Below, in pieces: positions 38,216-48,129 of a stretch of 64,000 nucleotides of DNA. How positions within the stretch are numbered: the stretch's first letter is position 1; each line of letters opens with the position of its first letter. Source of the stretch: Candidatus Uhrbacteria bacterium (GTDB taxonomy: Bacteria; Patescibacteriota; Patescibacteriia; JACRJV01); contig JACRJV010000026.1 of assembly GCA_016215325.1 (NCBI GenBank), forward strand, positions 31,955 to 95,954. The letters are read 5' to 3'. The translations under genes and the position numbers were made by a program. The notes below the pieces were generated by a model. The model had not been told where the DNA came from. It made no database searches and was given only the letters and a program-made list of their open reading frames with translations.

Positions 38216-39856
38216 TCACTTTCCTGGACATTGAGCAACAACATTCTGGTCGAACCCTTGCCCCGCAAAATTCTTGTCAAAATAATCGCTAAATTCTTTG
38301 GTGAGCTTCTGTGCTCGCGCGTCGTAGGCCGCAGGGTCTGCCCATGTTTGGCGGGGGTGCAACACCGTCGCATCCTCTACCCCCGGGCATGTGCGCGGCA
38401 CCATGATATGGAAAAGCGGATCGTGATCGTACTCCACTGTCTCTACAGTACCATCAATGGCGGCATGGACCAATGCCCGGGTCAAATTGATGTCCATGCG
38501 CTTACCCATTCCATAGGGGCCACCGCTCCAGCCGGTGTTAATGAGGTAAACGTTTGTTTGATGGTGCTGCGTGTACTGGTCAAACAACGTGGTGTAGTCC
38601 TTGGGCAGCCGTGGCATAAACGGCGCGCCAAAGAATCGCGAGAATGTCGTGGACGGTTCCTTGACCCCGACCTCGGTCCCAGCCAGCTTGCTGGTGTAGC
38701 CCATCAAAAACCAAAGGATCGCTTGTTCGCGTGTGAGCTTTGCCAAGGGCGGCAGCACGCCGTTGGCATCGGCCGTCAGTAAAATAAGTGTCTTGGGGTG
38801 CGAGCCGATGGCCCCGGGGTTGGTATGCTCTAAAAACGAAATTGGGTACGAGGTCCTGGAGTTTTCGGTCAACCGTTCGTCGTTCAAATCAAAGGTTCCG
38901 TCCGGCCACATCAAGGCATTCTCGATGATGCACCCATTCTGTTCAACTGGGCGGGGATCAAACGTAGCATGGTAAATGGCCGGCTCGCGGCTTGCATCCA
39001 GGCGCACTAATTTTGCATAGCAGCCGTACTCGTAATTGGCAATTCCCTCGCTGTTCCACCCGATTTCATCGTCCCCAATAAACGAATATTTCGGATCCGA
39101 CGAAAGCGTTGTTTTGCCGGTGCCAGAAAGCCCCAAGAACACGACGGTCTCGTGCGCATCCGTCTCGATCGCCGAAGCATGCAGCGACAAGATTCCATTG
39201 CCTGGCAACAAGTGGTTCATCACGGTAAACATCATTTTTTTGACAGTACCGCAATAGAGCGTGCCCATCACCAGGCAAATCCGCTGGTCCAAGTCCATGA
39301 CAATAGCAATCGGGATGGTTTTTCCATTTTCTTGCCGCAACCGGCCCTGGTACTTTTCGTGGCTCACAATCGCTGTCGGGGCAACCACAATCGTAAAGGG
39401 TTGGCTGGCAAACAGGCTCGACGCAACATCCGGTGGCACCGGGCGGAACATGGTGTCGGCGAACAATACCGAAGTGGCGCGATCGCTCACCACGGTCACG
39501 GGCAGGGCATATGAGCTGCGCGCCCCGATCACGCGATCGATCGCATAGATTTTTTTTGCTTGCCCCAACTGCGCCAAGGCATCGGCCAAGAGTTCTTCGA
39601 ATAATTCCGGCGCCATGGCGTTACTATTGGGCGATGTCCAGTCAGTTGTCACCTCGCTATCCGCGCGTTTTACAATGTACGTGTCTTTAGGACTGCGGCC
39701 CGTGGCATTGGCTGGATTCCACGTTGCCAAGGCACCGCTGGCAGTAACCAACGCCTCTTTGTTCGCGATGACTTCGTGGATCAGCGTTGGGCGCGATGGA
39801 TTTTTGATCGGCTGTGGATGCGATCGAAGCAGCGTTTGAATATCGGATGACGGCAT
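38216..39856 (-). CDS. pckA: Phosphoenolpyruvate carboxykinase (ATP)
   Basis: TGRSPKD, LGLSGTGKTTLS, LIGDDE-like FIGDDE, GCYAK, TENSR, GYTSKLAGTE, YLINTGW. Confidence 0.95.
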   Translation of the reverse strand: MPSSDIQTLLRSHPQPIKNPSRPTLIHEVIANKEALVTASGALATWNPANATGRSPKDTYIVKRADSEVTTDWTSPNSNAMAPELFEELLADALAQLGQAKKIYAIDRVIGARSSYALPVTVVSDRATSVLFADTMFRPVPPDVASSLFASQPFTIVVAPTAIVSHEKYQGRLRQENGKTIPIAIVMDLDQRICLVMGTLYCGTVKKMMFTVMNHLLPGNGILSLHASAIETDAHETVVFLGLSGTGKTTLSSDPKYSFIGDDEIGWNSEGIANYEYGCYAKLVRLDASREPAIYHATFDPRPVEQNGCIIENALMWPDGTFDLNDERLTENSRTSYPISFLEHTNPGAIGSHPKTLILLTADANGVLPPLAKLTREQAILWFLMGYTSKLAGTEVGVKEPSTTFSRFFGAPFMPRLPKDYTTLFDQYTQHHQTNVYLINTGWSGGPYGMGKRMDINLTRALVHAAIDGTVETVEYDHDPLFHIMVPRTCPGVEDATVLHPRQTWADPAAYDARAQKLTKEFSDYFDKNFAGQGFDQNVVAQCPGK

Positions 39857-39865
39857 ACCATGGCT

Positions 39866-39892
39866 GTCATTCCGGGCTTGACCCGGAATCCA
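39866..39892. repeat. REP-like palindromic element
   Basis: GTCATTCCGGG-cttga-CCCGGAATCCA immediately upstream of pckA. Confidence 0.65.
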
Positions 39893-39920
39893 AAAAATAA
39901 AAAATGCCTGAGAATAAAAA

Positions 39921-40763
39921 TCAATTTGACTCTTTCAAATATTCTTCCTTCTTCACTAAATACACCATGGGCTGGGAGATCGTTCCCAATTCTTTCGGCA
40001 GCACTACCCACCGGCCGATATACCCTTTGGTCAATGCGGTCAGAATAAGCATAGTTTCGCTATGGTCGATCAACAACGGTTGATCGCCCGTGATCTCTTG
40101 TTCTTTGCGGGCAATCGACGCATGCAACAGCTCTTCGCTCGCGGGTGCTTGCAGCTTGGGCGTATTCAAATTTCGCAGCATCCGATACGCAAGACTCACA
40201 CGACGTCGATCCGCCAACGCGTTTTGGGGGAGATCTTCAATAATAAACCCGTCTTTCATGATGGTCCGCAGTGCTGGCCCATTGTTTGCGGCGACGATGG
40301 CTGTTGCCACTTCGCAGCCTGCTTCACGGGCAACATCAAGGCGCTTCTGTACAAGAAGGTTTGCGATGTTTTGTTCACGGTATTCTGGCAACACGAATTT
40401 AGAACCCAGATACGCCATCTTTACGCCGTTGCGATCATGCAGGTCCACTTGCGCGCCAGCAATAATATTTTCTTCTTTATCTCGAATCACGAATTTTCGC
40501 TTCACCACTTCATCGGGGCTGATAATACTGTAGTCGTAGGCATGTTCCTCTTTCGCCCATTCAGCCGATTGCTCAAAATCCCTTTGATCGTCCCATCCGT
40601 CGATATGCCCATGGTAGACCTTTCTGGCGGTATGACCAAACTCATAGTGTTCATCGGGAGGCAGAATTTCTTCCACATCGTCAATCGTAAACTGGCGTTC
40701 ATCCTTGGACTTGCGTTGCTCTTTCGGCGCCGCTGTTGTCGATGGCTTTAAAAATTCGAACAT
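39921..40763 (-). CDS. GNAT-domain protein
   Basis: FVLPEYREQNIANLL, NGPALRTIMKDGF. Confidence 0.7.
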   Translation of the reverse strand: MFEFLKPSTTAAPKEQRKSKDERQFTIDDVEEILPPDEHYEFGHTARKVYHGHIDGWDDQRDFEQSAEWAKEEHAYDYSIISPDEVVKRKFVIRDKEENIIAGAQVDLHDRNGVKMAYLGSKFVLPEYREQNIANLLVQKRLDVAREAGCEVATAIVAANNGPALRTIMKDGFIIEDLPQNALADRRRVSLAYRMLRNLNTPKLQAPASEELLHASIARKEQEITGDQPLLIDHSETMLILTALTKGYIGRWVVLPKELGTISQPMVYLVKKEEYLKESN

Positions 40764-40803
40764 AACTCGTAATGACGTTCGCTGGGAGCAGACGATATAA
40801 TCC

Positions 40804-41607
40804 TTAGTTTCGTCCAAACACTCTCATCAATTCCTTAATAGTATCTGCGATACTCTGGAAAGTAAATGTATCCACCGATCGGATCGGTACAACACCAATA
40901 CTCGTGCCCGTCAATAATGCTCCGTCGTACGACTTAAGTGCGTCTGGTTTGACAAGGCGATCCACAACCTTGAATCCATTGCGTTTTGCGATAGCGAGCA
41001 CATGGCGCTGGGTCACCCCATCCAAAATCAGTTTGCTTGGCGGCTTACACAGCGTCCTGCCTTTGACAGCAAAAAAATTTGTGCGCGTCCCCTCGCGGAT
41101 AAACCCCTTGCTATCCACTGCCAGAGCATCATAGCACCCACATTGCTTTGCCTGCCGGTACGCTAAATAACTCCCGAGCATACTCAATGTCTTTGCCTGC
41201 GGAAAGGGACGCTCAAATGAAACAACCGTCGTCGATACTCCGTGCGTATACCACTCTTTCTTTGGGAACAGCGGTGCCATGGGAAGGAAAAAACAACGGG
41301 CATCCTTCGGCTCACTGGCGCCCACCAACAATATTTTTAGGTTGTATGCCGGCTCTTGGATCTTACTCGTAAGCCGATCAATCCATTGCGTAAGTTGTTG
41401 GGTGCTCAATCGGTGCTCAAGGCCAATAATGCGCGCCGAACGGAATAATCGCTCCAAGTGTTCATCACAATACTGCGCTCCGCCCTTAACCACTCGTAAG
41501 TGCTCATACGCCCCAAACCCATACGCAAACTCAATATTGGTGACTGGCAATACCGCTTGGTTGATCGGAACAATCTTGCCGTTTATGGAACAGTGATCAA
41601 GTGGCAT
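40804..41607 (-). CDS. Aminotransferase class IV (D-Ala/branched-chain type)
   Basis: YGFGAYE, HLERLFRSA, AKTL, EGTRTNFF, ILDGVTQ. Confidence 0.88.
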   Translation of the reverse strand: MPLDHCSINGKIVPINQAVLPVTNIEFAYGFGAYEHLRVVKGGAQYCDEHLERLFRSARIIGLEHRLSTQQLTQWIDRLTSKIQEPAYNLKILLVGASEPKDARCFFLPMAPLFPKKEWYTHGVSTTVVSFERPFPQAKTLSMLGSYLAYRQAKQCGCYDALAVDSKGFIREGTRTNFFAVKGRTLCKPPSKLILDGVTQRHVLAIAKRNGFKVVDRLVKPDALKSYDGALLTGTSIGVVPIRSVDTFTFQSIADTIKELMRVFGRN

Positions 41608-41610
41608 ACA

Positions 41611-41700
41611 TAATTCCCAACTTCTAATATCCAATGTCTAATAAAATGTTCAATGTTTATTTTGGCATTTGACATTGAGAATTTTATTAGGAATTAGATA
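41611..41700. repeat. Inverted 7-mer repeat tracts
   Basis: taattcc-caacttc-taatatc-caatgtc-taataaa on the left; ggcattt-gacattg...ttattag-gaattag on the right. Confidence 0.6.
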
Positions 41701-41726
41701 TTGTTGAGCGACTCCTCTAAACTAAC

Positions 41727-42320
41727 TCAAGGCAATGACATGCCAATTCGTGCGAGCTCGCCTCTCAACTGCTCCGTGCTTTGATAGAGCACCGCCTTCA
41801 TACCAAACCCGCGCGCCCGGTCAACATTCTTCCGGAGATCATCAATGAGTACGATATCCGCGGCCGGGACTCCCAGCGAACGGATGACATGGGGGAAACT
41901 CCCCGGATCCGTTTTAATCATCCCCATCTCGTGCGATTCAAACACATTGTTTGAAAGCGCGACCAGATCGATAAAACCGGCAATGCGCCGATGTTGCCAT
42001 GCATTCGTGTCCGTAATAATTGCCACGCGTTCCCGCGGAATCGACTGGATAATTCCAACAACGTTATCATTGCGGCGAGTAAAGTGCTCGTCATGCGCGC
42101 GCTGAATTGTCGCAATATCAACAACTTTATTGAAATGACGGTCATTGAGCAACCGCACATATTCATTGTCGCTCAATCTACCGCGGCTAAAGTCTTCGAA
42201 TTCTTGCTTATACATTTGCATTGCTCCGGCGCGATGTACTCCCGCTTCTTGCAATATCCGAAACGATATTTCATCGTCAAAATCGACCATCACCCCGGCA
42301 ACATCACACAGGACAATCAT
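41727..42320 (-). CDS. HAD family phosphatase
   Basis: CDVAGV, ITDTN, IKTDP, IDDLRKNV..A...GM. Confidence 0.85.
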   Translation of the reverse strand: MIVLCDVAGVMVDFDDEISFRILQEAGVHRAGAMQMYKQEFEDFSRGRLSDNEYVRLLNDRHFNKVVDIATIQRAHDEHFTRRNDNVVGIIQSIPRERVAIITDTNAWQHRRIAGFIDLVALSNNVFESHEMGMIKTDPGSFPHVIRSLGVPAADIVLIDDLRKNVDRARGFGMKAVLYQSTEQLRGELARIGMSLP

Positions 42321-42676
42321 ACTCGATGCTCCCCCAGACCGGTCCGCAACAGGCCATTCACCACCCAAAGTACAATGCTAAAGAAGAGAGCGGGCAAGAA
42401 TCCCGCGACTTCAAACCCGGGCACCAAGGACCCGGCCAATTGCACCAGCAGTGCATTGATCACCAATGTAAGGAGCCCAAGCGTCATGATATTGAGCGGC
42501 AATGTGAGTACGATAATAATGGGCCGGATGAACATATTGATAAACCCGAGTACAAGCGCTGCCACAAAGGCGGCGAAAACGCTCGTGACCGTGACCCCAG
42601 GGATAATGTAGGCGCTCACCAGCACCGCAAGGGTCGCAATAAACCAGTGGACAAGGGGGTGGACGCGATAGGCCAT
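42317..42676 (-). CDS. Phage holin family 4 / YvlD-like membrane protein
   Basis: LGFINMFIRPIIIVLTLPLNIMTLGLLTLVINA. Confidence 0.88.
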   Translation of the reverse strand: MAYRVHPLVHWFIATLAVLVSAYIIPGVTVTSVFAAFVAALVLGFINMFIRPIIIVLTLPLNIMTLGLLTLVINALLVQLAGSLVPGFEVAGFLPALFFSIVLWVVNGLLRTGLGEHRV

Positions 42677-42787
42677 AGGATATCAAGGGATAACAGGTTA
42701 ATAGGGATATAGAGGGCACAAGGCAAATGGATCAGTTTCGCTCCCCTATATCCATTACATCCTTATCTCCTGATATTCTCTATCTCC
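42677..42787. repeat. Inverted degenerate 9-mer tracts
   Basis: aggatatca-agggataac...agggatata on the left; cccctatat...ccttatctc-ctgatattc on the right. Confidence 0.5.
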
Positions 42788-42799
42788 AAATTTTAAACT

Positions 42800-44101
42800 C
42801 TAAATCTCCCGCAAATACCCCCACGTGTGCAGCCGATCGCTGTCTTCGTACCATCGGTCTCCAATATCCGTACGGTAATACATGTGGGGGATATTAATGT
42901 GCTTAATGCGGTTGTAGGCCTGCGTTTGCGCCTGCCGCATGGTCTGACCTTGGCCGCACACCACCATCACCACGCCCGACGTCCCAGTCACCACCCACTC
43001 GCCATTCACCAGCTTAACATCCTCGATGTGGATGCCTTCCGTGGGATTTTTGGTATTTTTATCAAAAAAGACGACGTTATCTTTTGACTGCACTTCAAAG
43101 GTTTCTTTGTCTTTGAATGGGAACGGCGGCACAACAATTTGGACTCCGATCGTAAACCCGCTTTTGACTTTGAATTTTTGCAGCGTCCCATTGGCCAAAT
43201 CAAAGAACAATTCTCCCATTGGCGTAATAATTCCCTCCTGTTGGATAAAAATCGTCGGCCACCCAAACCGCGCGGTCCATTCGAGCGGATAGATGCCGTA
43301 GTTATTGGCAATGCAGTTAATGTCGATGTACCCCACAAATCCCTCCTGGGCAAGCTTGCCTTCCATCCTTTTAAGCGTTTGGTTAAAGATCCGGTTCGGC
43401 CCGGACCAAAATAAACTGGTGCCCATTTCGCCCGTCGATGGCCCAATATTGCCGGGGAACAATTTTTTGTGTTCAAAGTTGATGTTAATGGGCATGGCAA
43501 ATTCCTTGCCATTAAAAAATCCGCCCACCGCAAGTTCTACCCCTTGGATCGTCCGCTGGAGTTGGAACTGCGGGATCTTTTTCGACCATGCCTTTTGATA
43601 ATCCTCTAAGACCGCAATCACATCGCGGCCGTCGTCTTCGCTGCCCACAAACAATAAACTTTTGTTTGTTTGTGCCTGGCCGCTCGGCTTTATCACATAG
43701 CGGTTTGGGTTTTCGCGCACGTAGGCAATTGCGTCATCAAAAGACGTAAAATCTTTATACGGGATTATCGAAACACCGTTACTTTTGAGCTCTTCTTGGC
43801 CAAAGGCGCGATCATCCTCCAGCCGATCGGTGTACGGGGTGCCGCCGATCACGGCTTTCCCAATCTGACGCAACTTCTGCGCTTTCACCCCTTGGCCCAA
43901 CACGTCATCAAGCACAATCACGTCGGCCCAATCCACTTCCGCCTTCCAGTCGTCACACTTTGGCACAAAGCCATCAGCGACGTCTTTTTCCGACCCGTGT
44001 TCAATACAGTACTTTACCTGGTGCCCCTCTTTAGTAAGCTGCCAGGCAATGTCGCCAATGAGTCCTTCCAGTGAAATGAATAAAAACTTTTTTGGTTCCA
44101 T
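42800..44101 (-). CDS. purD: Phosphoribosylamine-glycine ligase-like ATP-grasp protein (divergent PurD)
   Basis: RLEDDRAFG, YVIKP, FEHKKLFPGNIGPSTGEMG, LEWTARFG, YYRTDIG. Confidence 0.75.
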   Translation of the reverse strand: MEPKKFLFISLEGLIGDIAWQLTKEGHQVKYCIEHGSEKDVADGFVPKCDDWKAEVDWADVIVLDDVLGQGVKAQKLRQIGKAVIGGTPYTDRLEDDRAFGQEELKSNGVSIIPYKDFTSFDDAIAYVRENPNRYVIKPSGQAQTNKSLLFVGSEDDGRDVIAVLEDYQKAWSKKIPQFQLQRTIQGVELAVGGFFNGKEFAMPININFEHKKLFPGNIGPSTGEMGTSLFWSGPNRIFNQTLKRMEGKLAQEGFVGYIDINCIANNYGIYPLEWTARFGWPTIFIQQEGIITPMGELFFDLANGTLQKFKVKSGFTIGVQIVVPPFPFKDKETFEVQSKDNVVFFDKNTKNPTEGIHIEDVKLVNGEWVVTGTSGVVMVVCGQGQTMRQAQTQAYNRIKHINIPHMYYRTDIGDRWYEDSDRLHTWGYLREI

Positions 44102-44122
44102 ATCTTTAGTAATGCATCCTCT

Positions 44123-44197
44123 GTCATCCTGGCCGAGACCAGCCTGCCTGCCGGCGGGGATCCGGATTCTGACTAAGCCAGAAGGATCGCGGATGAT
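44123..44197. repeat. Composite REP-like element
   Basis: GTCATCCTGGCC..., CCTGCCTGCCGGCGGG, TTCTG-actaagc-CAGAA, ...GGATGA. Confidence 0.5.
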
Positions 44198-44231
44198 TAT
44201 TGCATACACCAATCCTAGCAGATCCTGCGAT

Positions 44232-44681
44232 TCAATCAATGCCTTCAACAAATTCACTATCACTGTCGAATTGCATGTTGTTCAAATTACCATGGAGCAC
44301 AATCGGCTTTGTCGCCTCAATCTCGGTTTTATAAAGTTCGATATTCGGGATTGGGTTGAGTAAATAAATTTTCTTGTCCAACACATGGGCGAATCCGATC
44401 TCCATCAGCGTATTACCGCCAATATAATGTGCGATGCCCTTGCGATCAAGATTCATCACAAGGATAGCATCCGAAGCTTTTATTTTTTCCCAATGCTCTT
44501 TGATGGCATCGTTTTGATATTTATGGTGCAAGGTAAGCGCCAGTTTGTCTTCGTCGCTGCGCCCCAAGTAGCTCTCAATAAATTCCGAAACAAAAACCCG
44601 ATGCCCCAAGGCCTCGAGTTTCTGTTGATAATCGATCATCTGCTCGGCCAATGCCATGCTTCCACAAATCGTGATGGTCAT
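44232..44681 (-). CDS. Hypothetical protein, nucleoside 2-deoxyribosyltransferase-like fold
   Basis: ITICGSM, IKASDAILVMN, YIGGNTLMEIGFA. Confidence 0.7.
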   Translation of the reverse strand: MTITICGSMALAEQMIDYQQKLEALGHRVFVSEFIESYLGRSDEDKLALTLHHKYQNDAIKEHWEKIKASDAILVMNLDRKGIAHYIGGNTLMEIGFAHVLDKKIYLLNPIPNIELYKTEIEATKPIVLHGNLNNMQFDSDSEFVEGID

Positions 44682-44712
44682 ACACTAAACGGCATCCTCA
44701 AGAGTATCTTTT

Positions 44713-45237
44713 TCACAATGGCGCGGGTGTAGCAACGGCACGCTTGGAGCGGATCAAATACCCAAACCCCTGATACGCTCCGAAGAACGCTCCGGTATAC
44801 AGGAGATCCCCTAACAACGTGTTGCGGAAGAATGGGAGCCCCAGAGTATACGAAAGCATCAACCCCGCCGGAGTATGCGGATACCAACTCGAGAGTAACC
44901 ACACGGCGAAGTTTGTAACCAAAAAAAAGAACGTCGAGGCAACAAGGGAGCCTGCCAGCAATATGCTCGGGTCTTTCCATCGCCGCAGAACCCGCCCAAT
45001 CCCGACGGTCACGATAAAACTCCCATACACGGTCGCCATCAAGCGCAGATCATAAAACCCCACAAACAGATCGCTCGCGAGCATGGCCCCAATAGGCAAT
45101 GCCCAACCCCACCGCTTGGGCAGATAGACGCCTGCCCACAAGGCCAAGGCGGCAATGGGTGCAACATTGGGCGCATGCGGGATCAGTCGGGTGATGATGC
45201 TAACGAGCAAAAACGTTCCTCCAAAAATCAAATTCAT
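44713..45237 (-). CDS. DUF6580-like putative ECF-type transporter S component
   Basis: RLIPHAPNVAPIAALAL, SDLFVGF, FFLVTNFAVW, GLPFFRNTLLGDL. Confidence 0.8.
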   Translation of the reverse strand: MNLIFGGTFLLVSIITRLIPHAPNVAPIAALALWAGVYLPKRWGWALPIGAMLASDLFVGFYDLRLMATVYGSFIVTVGIGRVLRRWKDPSILLAGSLVASTFFFLVTNFAVWLLSSWYPHTPAGLMLSYTLGLPFFRNTLLGDLLYTGAFFGAYQGFGYLIRSKRAVATPAPL

Positions 45238-45265
45238 ACCATGTCAGTTAAATCCGTAACAAAAT

Positions 45266-45700
45266 TCACATCCTCGCCCCGGTGAATTTCCACTCTACAA
45301 CATCACCGCTCTTGAGTAAATACTGGTCTGCCCCCACTGCCGGATACCGGCCATTCACCCAGTATTGCCAATATTTCGTCTCCCCATTTTGCACGGGCCC
45401 AATTTTTGTCACCATGGTGCCGATCCCTTTGTATTCCTTTGTTTCAACTGTGATCTCCTTCGCAGCCAGCGCTGCAATGACTGCTTGCAATACTGTATGC
45501 CCGTCGGAAAACGCTGCATCATTAATCACGGTCAATGTCTTATCATCGTTATAATCGACCATCAATTGGAATACTCCTGCCGTTTGCTTTTGGGCCGGGG
45601 CTTCAACGGGGGTTGGCGCATCGGGGACTCCCCAAACCATGTATCCAATAACCAAGCCCGTGACGAGAAACAACGGTGAGAGAAACATTTTGCGATTCAT
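45266..45700 (-). CDS. DUF4430 (transcobalamin-like beta-grasp) membrane-anchored protein
   Basis: GTMVTKIG, YWQYWVNG, VGADQY.LK.GDVVEW. Confidence 0.85.
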   Translation of the reverse strand: MNRKMFLSPLFLVTGLVIGYMVWGVPDAPTPVEAPAQKQTAGVFQLMVDYNDDKTLTVINDAAFSDGHTVLQAVIAALAAKEITVETKEYKGIGTMVTKIGPVQNGETKYWQYWVNGRYPAVGADQYLLKSGDVVEWKFTGARM

Positions 45701-45712
45701 AGAATGAAGAAT

Positions 45713-46213
45713 TTATGGCAGCGATAGCGCCTCCGCAATCACCTCAAGCGGGTGACGTTTTGAAGAGTACCATTTGAGCGACCGCAGCGCCTCTATGTTG
45801 CTGGCATCTTTCCATTCTGCCAATTCCATGTACTCCTTTTCACGTCCGTCAAAAAACTTCGTACTCAGCGCTCCGCCCACCACCCTGCACCGATAGTACA
45901 AAAGCACTGCATGGAAATACCGGTCTGCATCCCATTGTTTATAAAACGACGTATCAGCGGTGATGAGATGCCCAACCTCGACCTCTAACCCCGTCTCTTC
46001 TTTTACTTCCCGTTGGAGCGCTTGGCTGATTGTTTCGCCAATTTCAACTCCCCCGCCCGGGAAATCGTACCCTCCCCATTGTTTGGAGAGCAAGATCTTG
46101 CCATTGTCAATAATCACGCCGTACACCGATGGCCGAAACACGAGGCGTTCCCGGGGGGTGGTGTACAAGTTCCCGTCGCGGTCGTGGCAGACAACAGTTG
46201 ATGGAGTGCTCAT
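45713..46213 (-). CDS. NUDIX hydrolase
   Basis: FPGGGVEIGETISQALQREVKEETG. Confidence 0.9.
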   Translation of the reverse strand: MSTPSTVVCHDRDGNLYTTPRERLVFRPSVYGVIIDNGKILLSKQWGGYDFPGGGVEIGETISQALQREVKEETGLEVEVGHLITADTSFYKQWDADRYFHAVLLYYRCRVVGGALSTKFFDGREKEYMELAEWKDASNIEALRSLKWYSSKRHPLEVIAEALSLP

Positions 46214-46214
46214 A

Positions 46215-47084
46215 CTACCCATTCTTCTGCTGTTTGCGCTCCAGTGCGGTCAATTGTGATTCCGCCGCGGCCATAAAATGGGTAGGATCATCGCCCAACG
46301 CGCCGTGGCCGCCCACCATCGAGACAAATCCAGTGATCATATCGCTCTTGACCATTTTCTGCATGCGGTCCATGGGGTAGAGCGGATCATCCACGCTGCT
46401 CATCACAACCACCTGAACACCGTTTTCATGCAGCTTCTTGAGCATGTCCTGTATCTGGACACTGGAAATATCCCAAATTTCTTTTGCCGCGCGGGCTGGA
46501 TTGGCCGCCACGTACTTAGTTCCTTCTTTCAGGGCCGTGATCGGCACTTCTTTTTCTGTTTTGGCCGGCGTCGGAAACCGCCGATTCATACTTTCGGTGC
46601 GCCCAAGAAATTGCTGCATGTATCTGCCGGTCATCTGCAGAATGCTATCGCCGCCAATAAGTCCGCTGGGGGCAACGATGATAACGGAATCGAATAGTCC
46701 CGGATTATCGTGGGCTGCCTTCACCAAATTCGACCCGCCATTGGAGTGCGTAATGGCTTGGAGATGCGACAACCCTTTGTGGCGCAGCACATCACGGATC
46801 GTCGCCGCTTTGCGTTCTTCTTCGGTGGCAAACTTGGCCCCTCCGCGACGCGGGCTATCCAAGGCGATCACGCGACGGCCCTGATTGTAGAGTTCTTCCA
46901 ATCCCGGTCGGTACACTTCAAGAGGGCACGCCCATGCATTGGCAAAAAAGACCGGGGTCTCGCTTTTACAATTGGGCGGCGTGATGTCGATTACGTCTGC
47001 TACTCCCCCGGCAGTCTCAATCTTCTCCCGTTTTGCATACTGCGCGTCGAATGAGCGTTCATTCTGATTCATCTCAAAGGGCAT
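46215..47084 (-). CDS. Alpha/beta hydrolase
   Basis: RRVIALD, nucleophile elbow THSNGG, DDPLYP, GGHG. Confidence 0.75.
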   Translation of the reverse strand: MPFEMNQNERSFDAQYAKREKIETAGGVADVIDITPPNCKSETPVFFANAWACPLEVYRPGLEELYNQGRRVIALDSPRRGGAKFATEEERKAATIRDVLRHKGLSHLQAITHSNGGSNLVKAAHDNPGLFDSVIIVAPSGLIGGDSILQMTGRYMQQFLGRTESMNRRFPTPAKTEKEVPITALKEGTKYVAANPARAAKEIWDISSVQIQDMLKKLHENGVQVVVMSSVDDPLYPMDRMQKMVKSDMITGFVSMVGGHGALGDDPTHFMAAAESQLTALERKQQKNG

Positions 47085-47102
47085 AGATGAGGCTCAAAAG
47101 TA

Positions 47103-47564
47103 TTAAATTTTCTTTGAAAAAACGTAGGAATCATCATTATCCCAATTCTTTGTAATTCGACCACAACGACCAAATCCCATTCTTCTGTGGAGGGCGATAG
47201 AAGGTTTGTTTATGGTATCACAATCGCTCATGATTTCTCTATACCCTTGTCGCTTGGCAATAGCAATGACGTGTTCGACCAATGCTCGGGCAACCCCGTG
47301 TCGACGCAGCGGTGCTTGGACAAACACATCCTGAAGGTGGATTTTATTCCAAAGAGTGCCCCAAACGAGGTAGGCGATCACTTCCCGATTGCTGACGGCC
47401 ACTAGGCAGCGACGTCCACGGATACACTCACGAATATGTCGCGATCCCTGTTGCGTATTGTTCGCCCACCACCCAGGCCATGAGCACTTGCTGAGCCGGA
47501 TGCACGCGGCGACATCGTTTGAACGGGCATACCGAATCAACACTTCACCAATGGGGCGGTCCAT
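47103..47564 (-). CDS. GNAT family N-acetyltransferase
   Basis: VFVQAPLRRHGVARAL, NKPSIALHRRMGF. Confidence 0.88.
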   Translation of the reverse strand: MDRPIGEVLIRYARSNDVAACIRLSKCSWPGWWANNTQQGSRHIRECIRGRRCLVAVSNREVIAYLVWGTLWNKIHLQDVFVQAPLRRHGVARALVEHVIAIAKRQGYREIMSDCDTINKPSIALHRRMGFGRCGRITKNWDNDDSYVFSKKI

Positions 47565-47570
47565 ACAATA

Positions 47571-48122
47571 TTACATCTTTTCCAATTCATCCTTTGCGTC
47601 TTGATACCATACCTTGGCTATTCTTTTTGCCTCAGATGATTTCAATCGAGTGTTAAACATGTAATCGAGTTTTTCTTTCATCCATTCCTTCATTCTCCCA
47701 TTTTTGAGATAATTTTTCACCTGCCGGAGAGCCTTTTGTTCAAAGAAACTCAAACAATCTGCATCGCATAGCACATTCTGGTCATTATCGCCGCCGATTT
47801 CGTATGCATGAACAAGATGCTGGACGCGGTCGATAAAGTCCAATGATGCGCCTTCCTTGGTCAGGAACATTCCGACGATGGTTGCCGAAAACTCCTGGTG
47901 CATGGTGAGCAGCTCGGAGTCCATGGACCCGTGCTTCCAATCTCCGAATAACGCTCGCTCGATATCGTGAGCCACGGCCGCGGTGAGTAATGCTTCGTCT
48001 GCATCTGGTTTGAGCTTCTTCACCCACCCAGCCGTATTCAATTGATGCTCGATGTCCCGGAGCTTCCCAGTCTTCGTGCAAATATCGATCATGAATTCTT
48101 CTGTTTTTTTGTAGAGATCCAT
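47571..48122 (-). CDS. HD-domain protein (DUF4202-like)
   Basis: EH, AHDIER, DADCLSFF. Confidence 0.78.
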   Translation of the reverse strand: MDLYKKTEEFMIDICTKTGKLRDIEHQLNTAGWVKKLKPDADEALLTAAVAHDIERALFGDWKHGSMDSELLTMHQEFSATIVGMFLTKEGASLDFIDRVQHLVHAYEIGGDNDQNVLCDADCLSFFEQKALRQVKNYLKNGRMKEWMKEKLDYMFNTRLKSSEAKRIAKVWYQDAKDELEKM

Positions 48123-48129
48123 ATTGCCC

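Noticed and set aside
42317-42676. Prophage suggested by a holin-family gene
   Set aside because: This YvlD-like family is commonly chromosomal and no phage genes are nearby.
44102-44263. N-terminal extension of the PurD-like ORF
   Set aside because: It is read-through of a REP-like repeat (PAGRQAG) and overlaps the upstream gene.
45238-45712. Cobalamin riboswitch for the DUF4430/DUF6580 pair
   Set aside because: Intergenic gaps are under 30 bp and no B12-box was seen.
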